Below are positions 1-9,201 of a stretch of 64,000 nt of DNA, one piece after another. This DNA comes from a virus (taxonomy: Duplodnaviria > Caudoviricetes): positions 1 through 64,000 of the IMG/VR virus record IMGVR_UViG_2974655483_000001. One strand, written 5' to 3'. Numbering within the stretch: position 1 is the first letter of the stretch; each line of letters starts with the position of its first letter. The notes beneath the pieces are model-generated. The model was not told where the DNA came from, made no database searches, and worked only from the letters and a program-made list of their open reading frames with translations. The position numbers and the translations under genes are program-made.

Positions 1-576
1 ATGTATCTTGCATTAAAAATGCACTTCACCAAAGACTCATATGATTTTGTAAAGTATAAAGGCAGAGTTTCTGCCTCTGAAAAATCATTTGAAGAACGTC
101 GTGACCGCTATTTCTTTAAAAAATTAGCGACAAAGTATGAAGGGAGTAAAATCCTAGACTACCTTGTCGCTAATTTTATGGATAATCCTAAGGGATATAT
201 CAAATCATTCAGCGACGGTAACTACGAAAGGTGGAGAATTAATCAGGAGTCGTTCTCATATAAATTTAAACAGGATGTACATCTTCTATTAACTTATTTT
301 GAATCCCCGTATCAAGATAAGTTTGATAAGATCTTTGAACTAAAAGAAGGTAGTCATCCTCCACTCCTTAAACATTATCTTTCGGGGGAGATAACACTAG
401 AAACACTCGTCGTATTTGAAACTTGCTTAGGATATGTCAAATCATTTGACAAGAAATTAACAGATCCTATTTGGAAAGAGACTCGTAGAAGAGTACTGAA
501 GTATCAACCATTTATAAAAGTTGATTGTAGCAAATACAGACAAGAAATATTGTCAGTCATAAGAACGAAACTATGA
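1..576 (+). CDS. gp59: T4-like helicase loader (true start may lie just upstream of the window)
   Basis: YLALKMHF...YDFVKYKG...F..RRDRYFF.KL N-terminus typical of gp59; lies upstream of gp32. Confidence 0.85.
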   Translation: MYLALKMHFTKDSYDFVKYKGRVSASEKSFEERRDRYFFKKLATKYEGSKILDYLVANFMDNPKGYIKSFSDGNYERWRINQESFSYKFKQDVHLLLTYFESPYQDKFDKIFELKEGSHPPLLKHYLSGEITLETLVVFETCLGYVKSFDKKLTDPIWKETRRRVLKYQPFIKVDCSKYRQEILSVIRTKL

Positions 577-902
577 GTTTTTTTAAATCGGAACAAGTAC
601 AAACAAATTTGCAAGACATCTTTGAAACTTACCAAGAAGTTGCATCAATGACTTCTCAACTAGGAAAGATGGATAGAGAAGAACGATTGGATCATATTGA
701 AGACTGTAAAGTCCTCATTGATAAGCAGAAGACTTTCTATGGTCGATTGTGTCTTGCTTCAGCAGAAGATCCTGAAGCATCAGACATGAAGACCAGGATT
801 AATGCACTATCTCAAGCGTTTGGGTATCGTGACCTTGGAGAATGCATGGATGCTATGTTCGAGACACTTGAACAAGCGGCACAGAGGGAACTTGACACCT
901 AA
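573..902 (+). CDS. DUF1825-family cyanobacterial/cyanophage protein
   Basis: MSFFKSEQVQ...LIDKQKTFYGRL.L...DPEA..M pattern resembles DUF1825. Confidence 0.7.
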   Translation: MSFFKSEQVQTNLQDIFETYQEVASMTSQLGKMDREERLDHIEDCKVLIDKQKTFYGRLCLASAEDPEASDMKTRINALSQAFGYRDLGECMDAMFETLEQAAQRELDT

Positions 903-920
903 TAAATAGTATGCTACGAT
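892..920 (+). promoter_or_regulatory. sigma70-type promoter for gp32 with an embedded late-promoter-like ATAAATA
   Basis: TTGACA (892-897), 17 bp spacer, TG-n-TACGAT (915-920); ATAAATA at 903-909 inside the spacer. Confidence 0.7.
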
Positions 921-971
921 AACCCAGTAGCAAACAATACAACTACACACATTCAATACGGAGAATACTAA

Positions 972-1901
972 ATGTCTTTCGCGAGTCTCAAAAAAGCGTC
1001 CAGCAAGGGTGATACCTTTGCTAAACTGACACGAGAGATTGAAAAACTGAATCAGCCTGCTGCTGGTTCTTCTGCCGACGAACGTTTCTGGAAACCAGAA
1101 ATGGATAAGTCTGGCAATGGTTATGCTGTTATCCGATTCCTGCCTGCTCCTGATGGAGAAGATATGCCTTGGGCAAAGGTCTGGAGTCATGCATTCAAAG
1201 GTCCTGGTGGACAATGGTACATTGAAAACTCTCTTACCACCATTGGTAAGGATGATCCTGTTGGTGAAATGAATCGCCAACTCTGGAACAGTGGTAATGA
1301 TAGCGATAAAGAGATCGCTCGTGCTCAGAAACGTAAACTCTCTTACTACTCCAACATCTATGTTGTGAGTGATCCTGCTCATCCCGAGAACGAAGGTCGT
1401 GTCTTCCTTTATAAGTTTGGTAAGAAAATCTTTGACAAACTGACTGAAGCAATGCAACCTGCATTCGTTGATGAATCTCCTATCGATCCTTTCAACTTCT
1501 GGAAAGGTGCTGACTTCAAACTGAAGATCCGTAAGGTCGAAGGTTACTGGAACTATGACAAGTCTGAGTTTGCTTCACCTAGCACTCTTGGTAACTTTGA
1601 TGATGACAAACTGGAAAGTATCTGGAATGAAGGATACTCCCTTGCAGAGTTTGAAGACACTAAGAACTTCAAGTCCTACGAGCAACTACAAGCACGCTTG
1701 AGTCTGGTTCTCGGCAAGACTTCGACTGCATCTGCTCCTGTCATTCGTGAGGATGAAGAGGAAGTGTTTGCCAAACCTGAACCAGTAGAAAACTGGGGTA
1801 AAGAAGTTTCTGACTTCCGTCAAAAAGCAGTCGCATCATCTCCTGTTGCTGATGAAGATGACACTCTGTCATATTTCGCCAAACTTGCTGAGGATGATTG
1901 A
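972..1901 (+). CDS. gp32: single-stranded DNA-binding protein
   Basis: DERFWKP..DKSGNGYAVIRFLP, WYIENSLTT, YKFGKKIFDK, NYDKSEF and acidic C-tail LSYFAKLAEDD. Confidence 0.97.
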   Translation: MSFASLKKASSKGDTFAKLTREIEKLNQPAAGSSADERFWKPEMDKSGNGYAVIRFLPAPDGEDMPWAKVWSHAFKGPGGQWYIENSLTTIGKDDPVGEMNRQLWNSGNDSDKEIARAQKRKLSYYSNIYVVSDPAHPENEGRVFLYKFGKKIFDKLTEAMQPAFVDESPIDPFNFWKGADFKLKIRKVEGYWNYDKSEFASPSTLGNFDDDKLESIWNEGYSLAEFEDTKNFKSYEQLQARLSLVLGKTSTASAPVIREDEEEVFAKPEPVENWGKEVSDFRQKAVASSPVADEDDTLSYFAKLAEDD

Positions 1902-2185
1902 TGAGAGTTGCTATACTTTCTACTCTAATGCTCATCGCTAGTGCCTCACCTGCACTAGCGCATCATGAAAGCATTGGTGATAGGTCAAATCGAAGAGCAT
2001 ATCGTGATGTGTATATTGAAAAGCATTACCATCATGCTCCAAGACATCGCCACTATCATTGGCATGGAGATGGTTCATATCATTCCCATCCCCATAGAAA
2101 ATATAGTAATCATCACAGGGAACATCATGAGCATAGGTATTACCGATACCCAAGTGTTCCCTTCTTAAACATTGAAATACATTGA
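1898..2185 (+). CDS. secreted His/Arg/Tyr-rich small protein
   Basis: Signal-peptide-like N-terminus (ASPALA|H) followed by a His-rich region; ATGA overlap with gp32 stop. Confidence 0.6.
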   Translation: MMRVAILSTLMLIASASPALAHHESIGDRSNRRAYRDVYIEKHYHHAPRHRHYHWHGDGSYHSHPHRKYSNHHREHHEHRYYRYPSVPFLNIEIH

Positions 2186-2219
2186 CCAAAACGAAAACCG
2201 ACCTTTGATTCCCTGAAAC

Positions 2220-2245
2220 GGCGGAAAAAATCCCCGCCAATTTTT
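2220..2245 (+). terminator. possible terminator hairpin between convergent transcription units
   Basis: GGCGG-N9-CCGCC followed by AATTTTT. Confidence 0.35.
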
Positions 2246-2251
2246 GGGTTT

Positions 2252-2452
2252 CTAAGGTTTTTTGAATTGTTGTTCTAATACAATCCTGAGAAGACTATCT
2301 TTTAGTGACATTAATGCTTGTTGCTCGAAAGAATCACCACCAGGCCATTTTTCCAAATAAAAACAGACGGATTTGTACACTAGTACGAGTCCGTCTTTTG
2401 ATATATCTATGTTTATGTAATCCTCAGGATTAATATCCTCCATACCCTCCAC
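2252..2452 (-). CDS. hypothetical cyanophage protein
   Basis: 66 aa ORF overlapping the gp53 stop; YLEKWPGG...EQ..L motif. Confidence 0.6.
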   Translation of the reverse strand: MEGMEDINPEDYINIDISKDGLVLVYKSVCFYLEKWPGGDSFEQQALMSLKDSLLRIVLEQQFKKP

Positions 2453-3323
2453 CGCTAGAACCAGAACTACCAGAAGAACCTGAACTACTAGAACTGCTAG
2501 AAGAAGATGTTGCTGCTGTAGTAGTTGCTGTTGCAGTCGTAGTAGTTGCTGCTGTTGTAGAAGTAGATACTCCTGCTAACATAGTACCTGACGCACTAGG
2601 ACCATTATCAAATGAGGTCACAGCATCATTAATAATAGATGTGCGACTTCCGCTACCAGTGACACTAGTGTCATTAGTAATAAATCTAGATGCCATACTC
2701 ATAGGTGTTTTCTTATTTCCAAACTTATCTACTTCAGGATTTGATTCATACTCAAGGAGTGACTGCATCTCTTCTTGCATGAGATCAACCATAACTCCAT
2801 TAGGAATTCCAATTAATCTTTTTTGTTCGTTAAGATAATGTTCATACTCATAGTTTGATACAGGATATCTAGATTCTTCCGCAGTTTTAACTGAACCATC
2901 TGGCATAACAACCCTAAAACCATCAGTTACTGAACTGCCCTCTTTAATATAAACGATATCTTCGTATAGAATTTCGTTTGTTTCATAATGATGGATAGCA
3001 TCAGGATCTGTATATGCATCTCTTACAAATGCTTGTAAATTTTCTTCAGATTTTGGCCATTGAGTATAGAAATCTGTAATATTATTAGAGAGAAGAATAA
3101 TCCAATCTAGGAATGGATCCCCAAATATCGCATTTGCGAGAAATGACGGACTTTCTCCATCTTGAATGGAATATGCTTCAAAAGATGTAACATATTGATC
3201 TAAGTCATCTCTTACTTTAACTCTACGAGAGATGTTTTTTGTAAGACGATATTTGAATCCCTCATTAGAGGTTATGCCTTCACCAACATATACATTAGGG
3301 AAATTTGAAAAATAAGATGCCAT
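2430..3323 (-). CDS. gp53: baseplate wedge subunit
   Basis: MASYFSNFPNV; LysM-like Y.I.DGESP..LA....GD...DWIILL.N; IHHYET. Start moved to ATG at 3323. Confidence 0.88.
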   Translation of the reverse strand: MASYFSNFPNVYVGEGITSNEGFKYRLTKNISRRVKVRDDLDQYVTSFEAYSIQDGESPSFLANAIFGDPFLDWIILLSNNITDFYTQWPKSEENLQAFVRDAYTDPDAIHHYETNEILYEDIVYIKEGSSVTDGFRVVMPDGSVKTAEESRYPVSNYEYEHYLNEQKRLIGIPNGVMVDLMQEEMQSLLEYESNPEVDKFGNKKTPMSMASRFITNDTSVTGSGSRTSIINDAVTSFDNGPSASGTMLAGVSTSTTAATTTTATATTTAATSSSSSSSSSGSSGSSGSSGGGYGGY

Positions 3324-3324
3324 G

Positions 3325-4287
3325 TTAGAATCCTTTGGTGATATCGCCAGAAGTAACAAGTTTAGTTTCTGTAAACGATAATGTCAGATTTAATGCTGGA
3401 ACTTGCACTGAGTCACCCCCAACAGATTTGAATGACGTGTATTGACCATCTGGAGTATAATTGACTGTAATACCAGTGCAAACTGAAGGATGGATTTTGA
3501 AGTGCATAAAATCCTCGTTATTGGTACTTGACGATCCGTCTGGTTTTAGTCGTATAAATTTAATATTGAAACTATCTGGTACTGTGAAAAATCTACTACC
3601 TGCAGCACCTGCATTAACTAAATCATTTAACCTGCTTACTTCCTCACCCTCACCACCTGAAGCTTTTTCGCCAGTGATTTCAGGTACAGAACCCTGTTTA
3701 AAATAATCAAGAATATTTTTCATTTCCCTTGCTTCTTGAGCACTTCTAGCAAGGAGTTTGAAATTAAAGGTATGCTCTCTAAAATTCATACCAGTGAAGA
3801 TATTTTCTTTAAATGGATTAAAGACTCTACCTCGTGTTAACGCTTGAAGTGAATTTGAATCAAGACCTCCTTGTAGTCCTCCCGCTTGAGCAAGACCGCT
3901 GGCAGTCTGCGCCAACGCCGATGATATAACCTCTGGCATTGCTGCGTTTGCTCCCTGTTGAATAATTTTGGAAATGCTTTCGGTATCTTGGCCAGCATTG
4001 AGTGCTTGAACTGCAGAAGCACCGACAACACCAAGATCAATTTGACGATATGATGGTCGATATGAAGTTTGTAGTCCTTTTGGCATAGCAAGATAGACCC
4101 TATCAGGATCTAATCTCCTTTTCGCAGAATTAGAACTAGGTAGACTATATCCTCTAAATCCCTTATCATCATATTTGATACTCGTTCGTTGAAAACAAGC
4201 ATAGTCAATTGCTTCCGTAGCACCGTCTGCCGTGCTAGCAGAACCGCGTTCTTCTGGTGCTTGTAATGGGTATCGATATATTGCCAA
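3325..4287 (-). CDS. gp48: baseplate tail-tube cap
   Basis: VYLAMP; NPFKENIFTGMNFREHTFNFKL.ARS..EA; C..ITVNYTPDGQY; L.LSFTETK. Confidence 0.88.
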   Translation of the reverse strand: MAIYRYPLQAPEERGSASTADGATEAIDYACFQRTSIKYDDKGFRGYSLPSSNSAKRRLDPDRVYLAMPKGLQTSYRPSYRQIDLGVVGASAVQALNAGQDTESISKIIQQGANAAMPEVISSALAQTASGLAQAGGLQGGLDSNSLQALTRGRVFNPFKENIFTGMNFREHTFNFKLLARSAQEAREMKNILDYFKQGSVPEITGEKASGGEGEEVSRLNDLVNAGAAGSRFFTVPDSFNIKFIRLKPDGSSSTNNEDFMHFKIHPSVCTGITVNYTPDGQYTSFKSVGGDSVQVPALNLTLSFTETKLVTSGDITKGF

Positions 4288-4324
4288 CAGTCGGACCTAA
4301 ATATAGTGTGACCTCTATGTATTT

Positions 4325-4744
4325 ATGCGATATCAAGGTAAATACCGTCCTTCCTTTCCGAGGAAGTATAAAGGCGATCCTAGTAATGTGATTTATCGCT
4401 CCTCTTGGGAGTATAAATTTATGAAATGGTGTGACAATACACCATCTGTTGAAGAGTGGGGTAGTGAAGAAATTATCATTCCTTATGTTTCTCCAGTTGA
4501 TGGTAGAAAGCATAGATATTTCCCAGATTTTTATGTTAAAGTTGGTAGGAAAAAATATCTGGTTGAAGTAAAACCCTACAAACAGACTAAAGAACCCAAA
4601 ACTCAAAAAAGGCACACAAAACGATATATTAATGAAGTTGTGACATATGCTGTCAATCAAGCAAAGTGGAAAGCAGCAACAGAATTTTGTAATGATAATA
4701 ATTGGGAGTTTATGTTAATCACAGAAAAGGAACTTAAGGTATAA
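4325..4744 (+). CDS. gp4: head completion nuclease (TnsA-like)
   Basis: KYKGDPSNVIYRSSWE..FM.WCD, WGSEE..IPY.SP.D...HRYFPDF, VEVKP, NQAKW.AA. Confidence 0.93.
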   Translation: MRYQGKYRPSFPRKYKGDPSNVIYRSSWEYKFMKWCDNTPSVEEWGSEEIIIPYVSPVDGRKHRYFPDFYVKVGRKKYLVEVKPYKQTKEPKTQKRHTKRYINEVVTYAVNQAKWKAATEFCNDNNWEFMLITEKELKV

Positions 4745-4745
4745 A

Positions 4746-5510
4746 ATGGGTATTCCAAAGCAAGAATCTGCAAGATATAGCTCTCTTCAGGAGTTTATTG
4801 GATTTTCTAAAACGAATGATAATGCTCCTAGTTTTACTAACTTATTTTCGGTGCATTTTTCTACTCCTCCGATGATTGCGGAGCAAACTGCAGGCAATAG
4901 ATTTAGACCCGAAGTTGGAGATATGTCATTGCTTTTGGATTACTACGCAAAAAATGTAAATCTTCCTAGCAAACAAATCACAACAGGTCAAGTTACTAAT
5001 GTTGGTGCTGGATATAAGTTTGCAACTGGAACAGCATTTAGTCAAATCAGTATGACGTTTACTATGCCTCGTTCTCAGCAGACAAGGAATTTCTTTGAAC
5101 GATGGACAAGTTTGATGGCGAATGATGCTAATCAATATACAGATTACTATGATACTTACTGTGCTCCTGAGGTAATAATCTATAAGTGGGAGAGAGGTGG
5201 TGGAGACTATGCATATTCAGATCCAAGGTCTATTAGAGCACTTAGAGATTCTGGAGATGATTTTTTACTTGCAAAAAAGAATAAACTGACTGCTGCTTGG
5301 GTATTAAAAAAGGTATTTCCATATAACATCGGTTCTGTTCAGTTAGATAATAGTCAGGCAAAGACAATGGATCTTAGTGTTCAGTTCTATTATGAGAGAT
5401 ATAGATTCTTTACTGAAGACCAATTTGATGCTCCTGGAGTGCGTAATATCATTACCATTCCATCTGGTGATAATGTATATACCGCTGGAGAAACTGATTC
5501 TCAGCGATAA
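4746..5510 (+). CDS. gp19/gp54-family tail tube-like protein (probable tube initiator)
   Basis: VNLPSK, F..SMTF, R.FFERW, L..VFP..IGSVQLD, L.VQFYYE: tail-tube fold motifs. Confidence 0.65.
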   Translation: MGIPKQESARYSSLQEFIGFSKTNDNAPSFTNLFSVHFSTPPMIAEQTAGNRFRPEVGDMSLLLDYYAKNVNLPSKQITTGQVTNVGAGYKFATGTAFSQISMTFTMPRSQQTRNFFERWTSLMANDANQYTDYYDTYCAPEVIIYKWERGGGDYAYSDPRSIRALRDSGDDFLLAKKNKLTAAWVLKKVFPYNIGSVQLDNSQAKTMDLSVQFYYERYRFFTEDQFDAPGVRNIITIPSGDNVYTAGETDSQR

Positions 5511-5512
5511 CC

Positions 5513-5520
5513 TATAAATA
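5513..5520 (+). promoter_or_regulatory. T4-type late promoter
   Basis: Exact TATAAATA about 20 bp upstream of the gp26 ATG. Confidence 0.75.
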
Positions 5521-5541
5521 AAATTACTGAATTGAATATCT

Positions 5542-6252
5542 ATGGCATTACCTAAATTAAATGTACCTAAGTACAAATTGAAACTACCATCTGATGGTAG
5601 GACTGTGAACTATAGACCATTTCTTGTTAAAGAAGAGAAGTTACTTCTCCTCGCTACTGAAACGGGAGAGCAAGAAGAGATTATTGGTGCAATCAAAAAC
5701 ATCATTACACAATGTACTGATATTACTTCAGTTGATAAACTAGCAACATTTGATATTGAATATTTGTTCTTACAAATTCGTACAAAATCTGTTGGTGAAA
5801 ATGTTGATGTGACAGTAACTTGTCCCGATGATGGGGAAACTGAAGTTGAGATTTCGATTCCTTTAGATGATATTAAAGTCGTAAAGACTAGAGGTCATAA
5901 AAAAGAACTGAAACTTGATGATGAGATTGCAGTTACTATGGGATATCCCAATCTCGAATCTTTTGTAGAGTCGAATTTTGGGGAGGATACCAACCAAATT
6001 GAGCAGATTTTTGAAATGTCAGCAGGTTGTATTGAAACTATTGCTGATACCAATCAAATCTATGAATGTAAAGATTTGCCAAAATCAGAAATCTTAGAAT
6101 TTCTTGATCAACTGAGCAGCAAACAGTTTGGGGAACTTCAAAAATTCTTTGAAACTATGCCTAAACTGTCACATAAAGTACAGGTAACCAATCCTAATAC
6201 TGGTGTCGAAAGTGAAGTTGTTCTTGAGGGATTAGCGAGTTTTTTCGCATAG
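5542..6252 (+). CDS. gp26: baseplate hub assembly chaperone
   Basis: MALPK...P.Y.L.LPS....YRPFLVKEEKLLL, FDIEYLFLQIR.KSVGE, FFETMPKL, LEGLASFF. Confidence 0.92.
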   Translation: MALPKLNVPKYKLKLPSDGRTVNYRPFLVKEEKLLLLATETGEQEEIIGAIKNIITQCTDITSVDKLATFDIEYLFLQIRTKSVGENVDVTVTCPDDGETEVEISIPLDDIKVVKTRGHKKELKLDDEIAVTMGYPNLESFVESNFGEDTNQIEQIFEMSAGCIETIADTNQIYECKDLPKSEILEFLDQLSSKQFGELQKFFETMPKLSHKVQVTNPNTGVESEVVLEGLASFFA

Positions 6253-6302
6253 CACTCCTTCACACCAATCTTCGTTCATATTATGAAGGCAACTTTTCCT
6301 TA

Positions 6303-6440
6303 ATGCATCATCATAAATGGAATATCGAACATATTGATAATCTGATGCCCTGGGAAAAGGAAATCTATGTGAATTTGTTAGTACAATTCTTAAAAGAAGA
6401 AGAACGTAGAATGAAGGAGCAGCAAGCAGCAGGTGGCTAA
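6303..6440 (+). CDS. gp51: baseplate hub assembly catalyst (45 aa from its ATG; frame is open back through the gp26 slippery site)
   Basis: Not in ORF track; translated by hand: MHHHKWNIEHIDNLMPWEKEIYVNLLVQFLKEEERRMKEQQAAGG*, with the gp51 MPWE.EIYV.LL motif. Confidence 0.85.
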   Translation: MHHHKWNIEHIDNLMPWEKEIYVNLLVQFLKEEERRMKEQQAAGG

Positions 6441-9201
6441 AATACAACCCTATAAGCTAGTTAATCCTGGAGTATCGTCGGTTACTACTCCAGCAATTTC
6501 TGCTGCAAAAGTACAAACATTAGCACTTAATCGTCTTGGCACTGCTGTTGGATCATTATCAAGTGTAGTTGGCGATTTAGGGAAAATATCTACTCTAACA
6601 ATTAAGAGTAAGGAAGAGAATGAAAAGGCAAAAAGAAGAAGTGAGCGTAGAGAGAAAGATTCTTCTTCTGAAACTAAGCAAGAGTCAGCAGCGTTAAAAA
6701 AAGAGGGAGCTAATAAAAATTCACTTTTAGGTAGAAAGATAAAAAAAGGTACGAAGGGTATTTTTGGAACGATTGAAAAATTCCTTAGTCCTCTTGGCGG
6801 GTTATTAGTAAAACTTTCTACATTTACTCTTGGTATAAAACTTTTAGAATATCTAGGTGATCCTAAGAATATTGAGAAGATTAAATTATTCTTAGATAAA
6901 TCACTCTTTGTCTTCAATAAGTTAAAAGACTTTGCGATGAGCATTTATAATGCTTTTACTTCTGGTCTAGATTTTATTTTTGGTAAAGAGACGACCATTG
7001 GTGAGCGTCTTGATGCGTTTGGTAAAATTGCTCTTGCAATCGGTGGTATTTCTGGAATAATTGCAGCAGCAGGTGGTATTCGAGACCTTCTTGATGCGCG
7101 AGATCTTCTTGATGGTCCTGATAAACCAACAAAACCAGGGAAACCGCAAAAACCAGGTGTAGTAAAACCAGGTCCCAAATTATCACCTTTCCAATTAGAG
7201 CAAGCACGAAAGATTGCCATCAAAGAAGCTGTTGAAACAACTGGTGAACAGGCTGGTAAAAGAGCTACTGGACAGGTTTTTAAATATGGTGGTAAAAATA
7301 TATCTAAGGCAACGCATCGTTTCTTCCTGAAAGTTATCGGAAGAGGTGGTGTATCAGGATTAAAGAAATTAATTGGTGCATTTAAGTTACCACTTATAAG
7401 TGGTTTACTGACTGCTGCATTCAATTGGATTATGGGTGAGTCTATCGCCAAATCGCTCCTGATGGGTGTTGGTGATGGTATTGGTACATTCTTAGGTGGT
7501 TGGGCAGGTGGCGCTATAGGTGCTCTCGGTGGTCCTGCAGCACCGATTACAGTACCTTTAGGTGCATTTGTTGGTGCAATGCTTGGTGGTATTGCAGGTG
7601 AGGCAATCGGCGGATACTTATATGACATGATGCTAGGGAAGGCAAACTTAGGTGCTGACCTTGGTGCTATGGGCAAGAAACTTGTCAATGGTATGAAGAC
7701 TCTTTGGAATGACTATATTATGAATGGAGATTTCTGGGCAGGTGCCTGGGAAACGTTCCTAAACATCGGTCAAGATGTTATGAGTAGTGCCTGGGGATCT
7801 ATGATGAATATGTGGAATCTTGCTAGCGGTTCTGCAGCAGATTTCTTTACTCATATGATGGAAGTCTCAAAACCCTGGCGTGAAGCAATGTGGGATGCCT
7901 TCCAAAAATATGTTATTAATGGTCCTCAAGAATTAGCAAAAGTTATCCTTGAAACTATTCTATCTGGTGCTAAAGGAGTTGGTAAACTCTTTACTGAGGG
8001 TGGACCTATTCTGATGTCCATTATTAAAACTTCTGCTGAATCTGCGATTTCGTGGGCATTTAATAAAGTCAGAGGTTTAGTTGAAGGAATCAGAGATGCT
8101 GTATTAGGATTCAGACCAAGAGAAGCACTTAGCAAGTTGGGTTCGTTGTTAGTGATGCTTGGAGCACCGCTGACACAAGTTCCTGAGATGTTGCAATCTG
8201 TTGGTAAGGCAACTAGCAAAAAGATTAGTGAAGCATTAGCAAAAACAAAAGAAATTGGTCAGGCGATTATTGAACCCATCCTGGGATATATTGAACCTGC
8301 TTTTAAGGCAATTGATGAAACCTGGAAAATTGTTAGTAACCTTCCAGGTTATATTTACGATAACACTATCAAACCAATTTTTGATTCTATTGGTGCTGTA
8401 TGGAACTCTGGTCCTGCAATCTGGGACTTTTTACATAGACCAAATACATTCCAAGAAATTACAGGACAAGAAGTTCCCCAACAAGAAATGTTCCTTGGTG
8501 GTGTAGTTAAAGGTGTTAAGAATGCATTTAGTAGTGTAGGTAACGCAGTTAGTAATGTTATGCAAAGTCCTGTTGGTCAGGTGCTTGGAACTGCTGCATC
8601 GTTTATTCCTGGTGCTGCACCTATCATGGCAGGTATCAACACACTTGCTACGGGCAATCCTATGTCAATGTTAGGAATGATTCCTGGCGTAAGTGGGATT
8701 ATGAGTCAAGTTGGTAATTTTATGAATGGTCCCATTGGCAATATTGCATCTAATGTATTAAGTGGAAACTTTGGAGGTGCTTTGAGTACTGGACTTGGGA
8801 TGCTTAACCCTTCTATAGGACAGTTTGCTGGTTCTATATTGAGAGGTGGATTGAATCCTATGAACATGATTCAAGGTGCTGCAAGTCACTTTGGACTTGG
8901 CGGCATTTATAATGCAGTTAGTGGTATGGCGGGTGGAGATATGACATCTGGTATAGCAGAGATAGCAGGACAACTAGGAATTGATCCTAAAGTTATTGGC
9001 GGAGTACAGAATGTAGCATCTCAAGCATTATCTGAAGGTGGCATGTCTTCTGAGTATGCTATGAATCAGGCATTAGAATTCATTCCCATTCCTGTTATTC
9101 TTGAGAAGTTGGTGCCTATTCCTACTGCTGTTCCCATAAATACTGGTGGCAGTGAAGTAGTTAATGCGACTCCTTCTAGCATAACGACGAGATCACAATA
9201 A
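6433..9201 (+). CDS. tape-measure-like protein A
   Basis: 922 aa, Gly/Ala-rich amphipathic helical, W/F-spaced repeats, GxxxG segments; directly after the tail chaperones. Confidence 0.6.
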   Translation: MAKIQPYKLVNPGVSSVTTPAISAAKVQTLALNRLGTAVGSLSSVVGDLGKISTLTIKSKEENEKAKRRSERREKDSSSETKQESAALKKEGANKNSLLGRKIKKGTKGIFGTIEKFLSPLGGLLVKLSTFTLGIKLLEYLGDPKNIEKIKLFLDKSLFVFNKLKDFAMSIYNAFTSGLDFIFGKETTIGERLDAFGKIALAIGGISGIIAAAGGIRDLLDARDLLDGPDKPTKPGKPQKPGVVKPGPKLSPFQLEQARKIAIKEAVETTGEQAGKRATGQVFKYGGKNISKATHRFFLKVIGRGGVSGLKKLIGAFKLPLISGLLTAAFNWIMGESIAKSLLMGVGDGIGTFLGGWAGGAIGALGGPAAPITVPLGAFVGAMLGGIAGEAIGGYLYDMMLGKANLGADLGAMGKKLVNGMKTLWNDYIMNGDFWAGAWETFLNIGQDVMSSAWGSMMNMWNLASGSAADFFTHMMEVSKPWREAMWDAFQKYVINGPQELAKVILETILSGAKGVGKLFTEGGPILMSIIKTSAESAISWAFNKVRGLVEGIRDAVLGFRPREALSKLGSLLVMLGAPLTQVPEMLQSVGKATSKKISEALAKTKEIGQAIIEPILGYIEPAFKAIDETWKIVSNLPGYIYDNTIKPIFDSIGAVWNSGPAIWDFLHRPNTFQEITGQEVPQQEMFLGGVVKGVKNAFSSVGNAVSNVMQSPVGQVLGTAASFIPGAAPIMAGINTLATGNPMSMLGMIPGVSGIMSQVGNFMNGPIGNIASNVLSGNFGGALSTGLGMLNPSIGQFAGSILRGGLNPMNMIQGAASHFGLGGIYNAVSGMAGGDMTSGIAEIAGQLGIDPKVIGGVQNVASQALSEGGMSSEYAMNQALEFIPIPVILEKLVPIPTAVPINTGGSEVVNATPSSITTRSQ

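Noticed and set aside
807-1457. 216 aa minus-strand ORF
   Set aside because: Antisense to the highly conserved gp32, with no motifs.
4325-4744. TnsA-like nuclease as evidence of a Tn7 transposon
   Set aside because: It is the core T4-like head completion protein in its usual context; no tnsB/tnsC or transposon ends.
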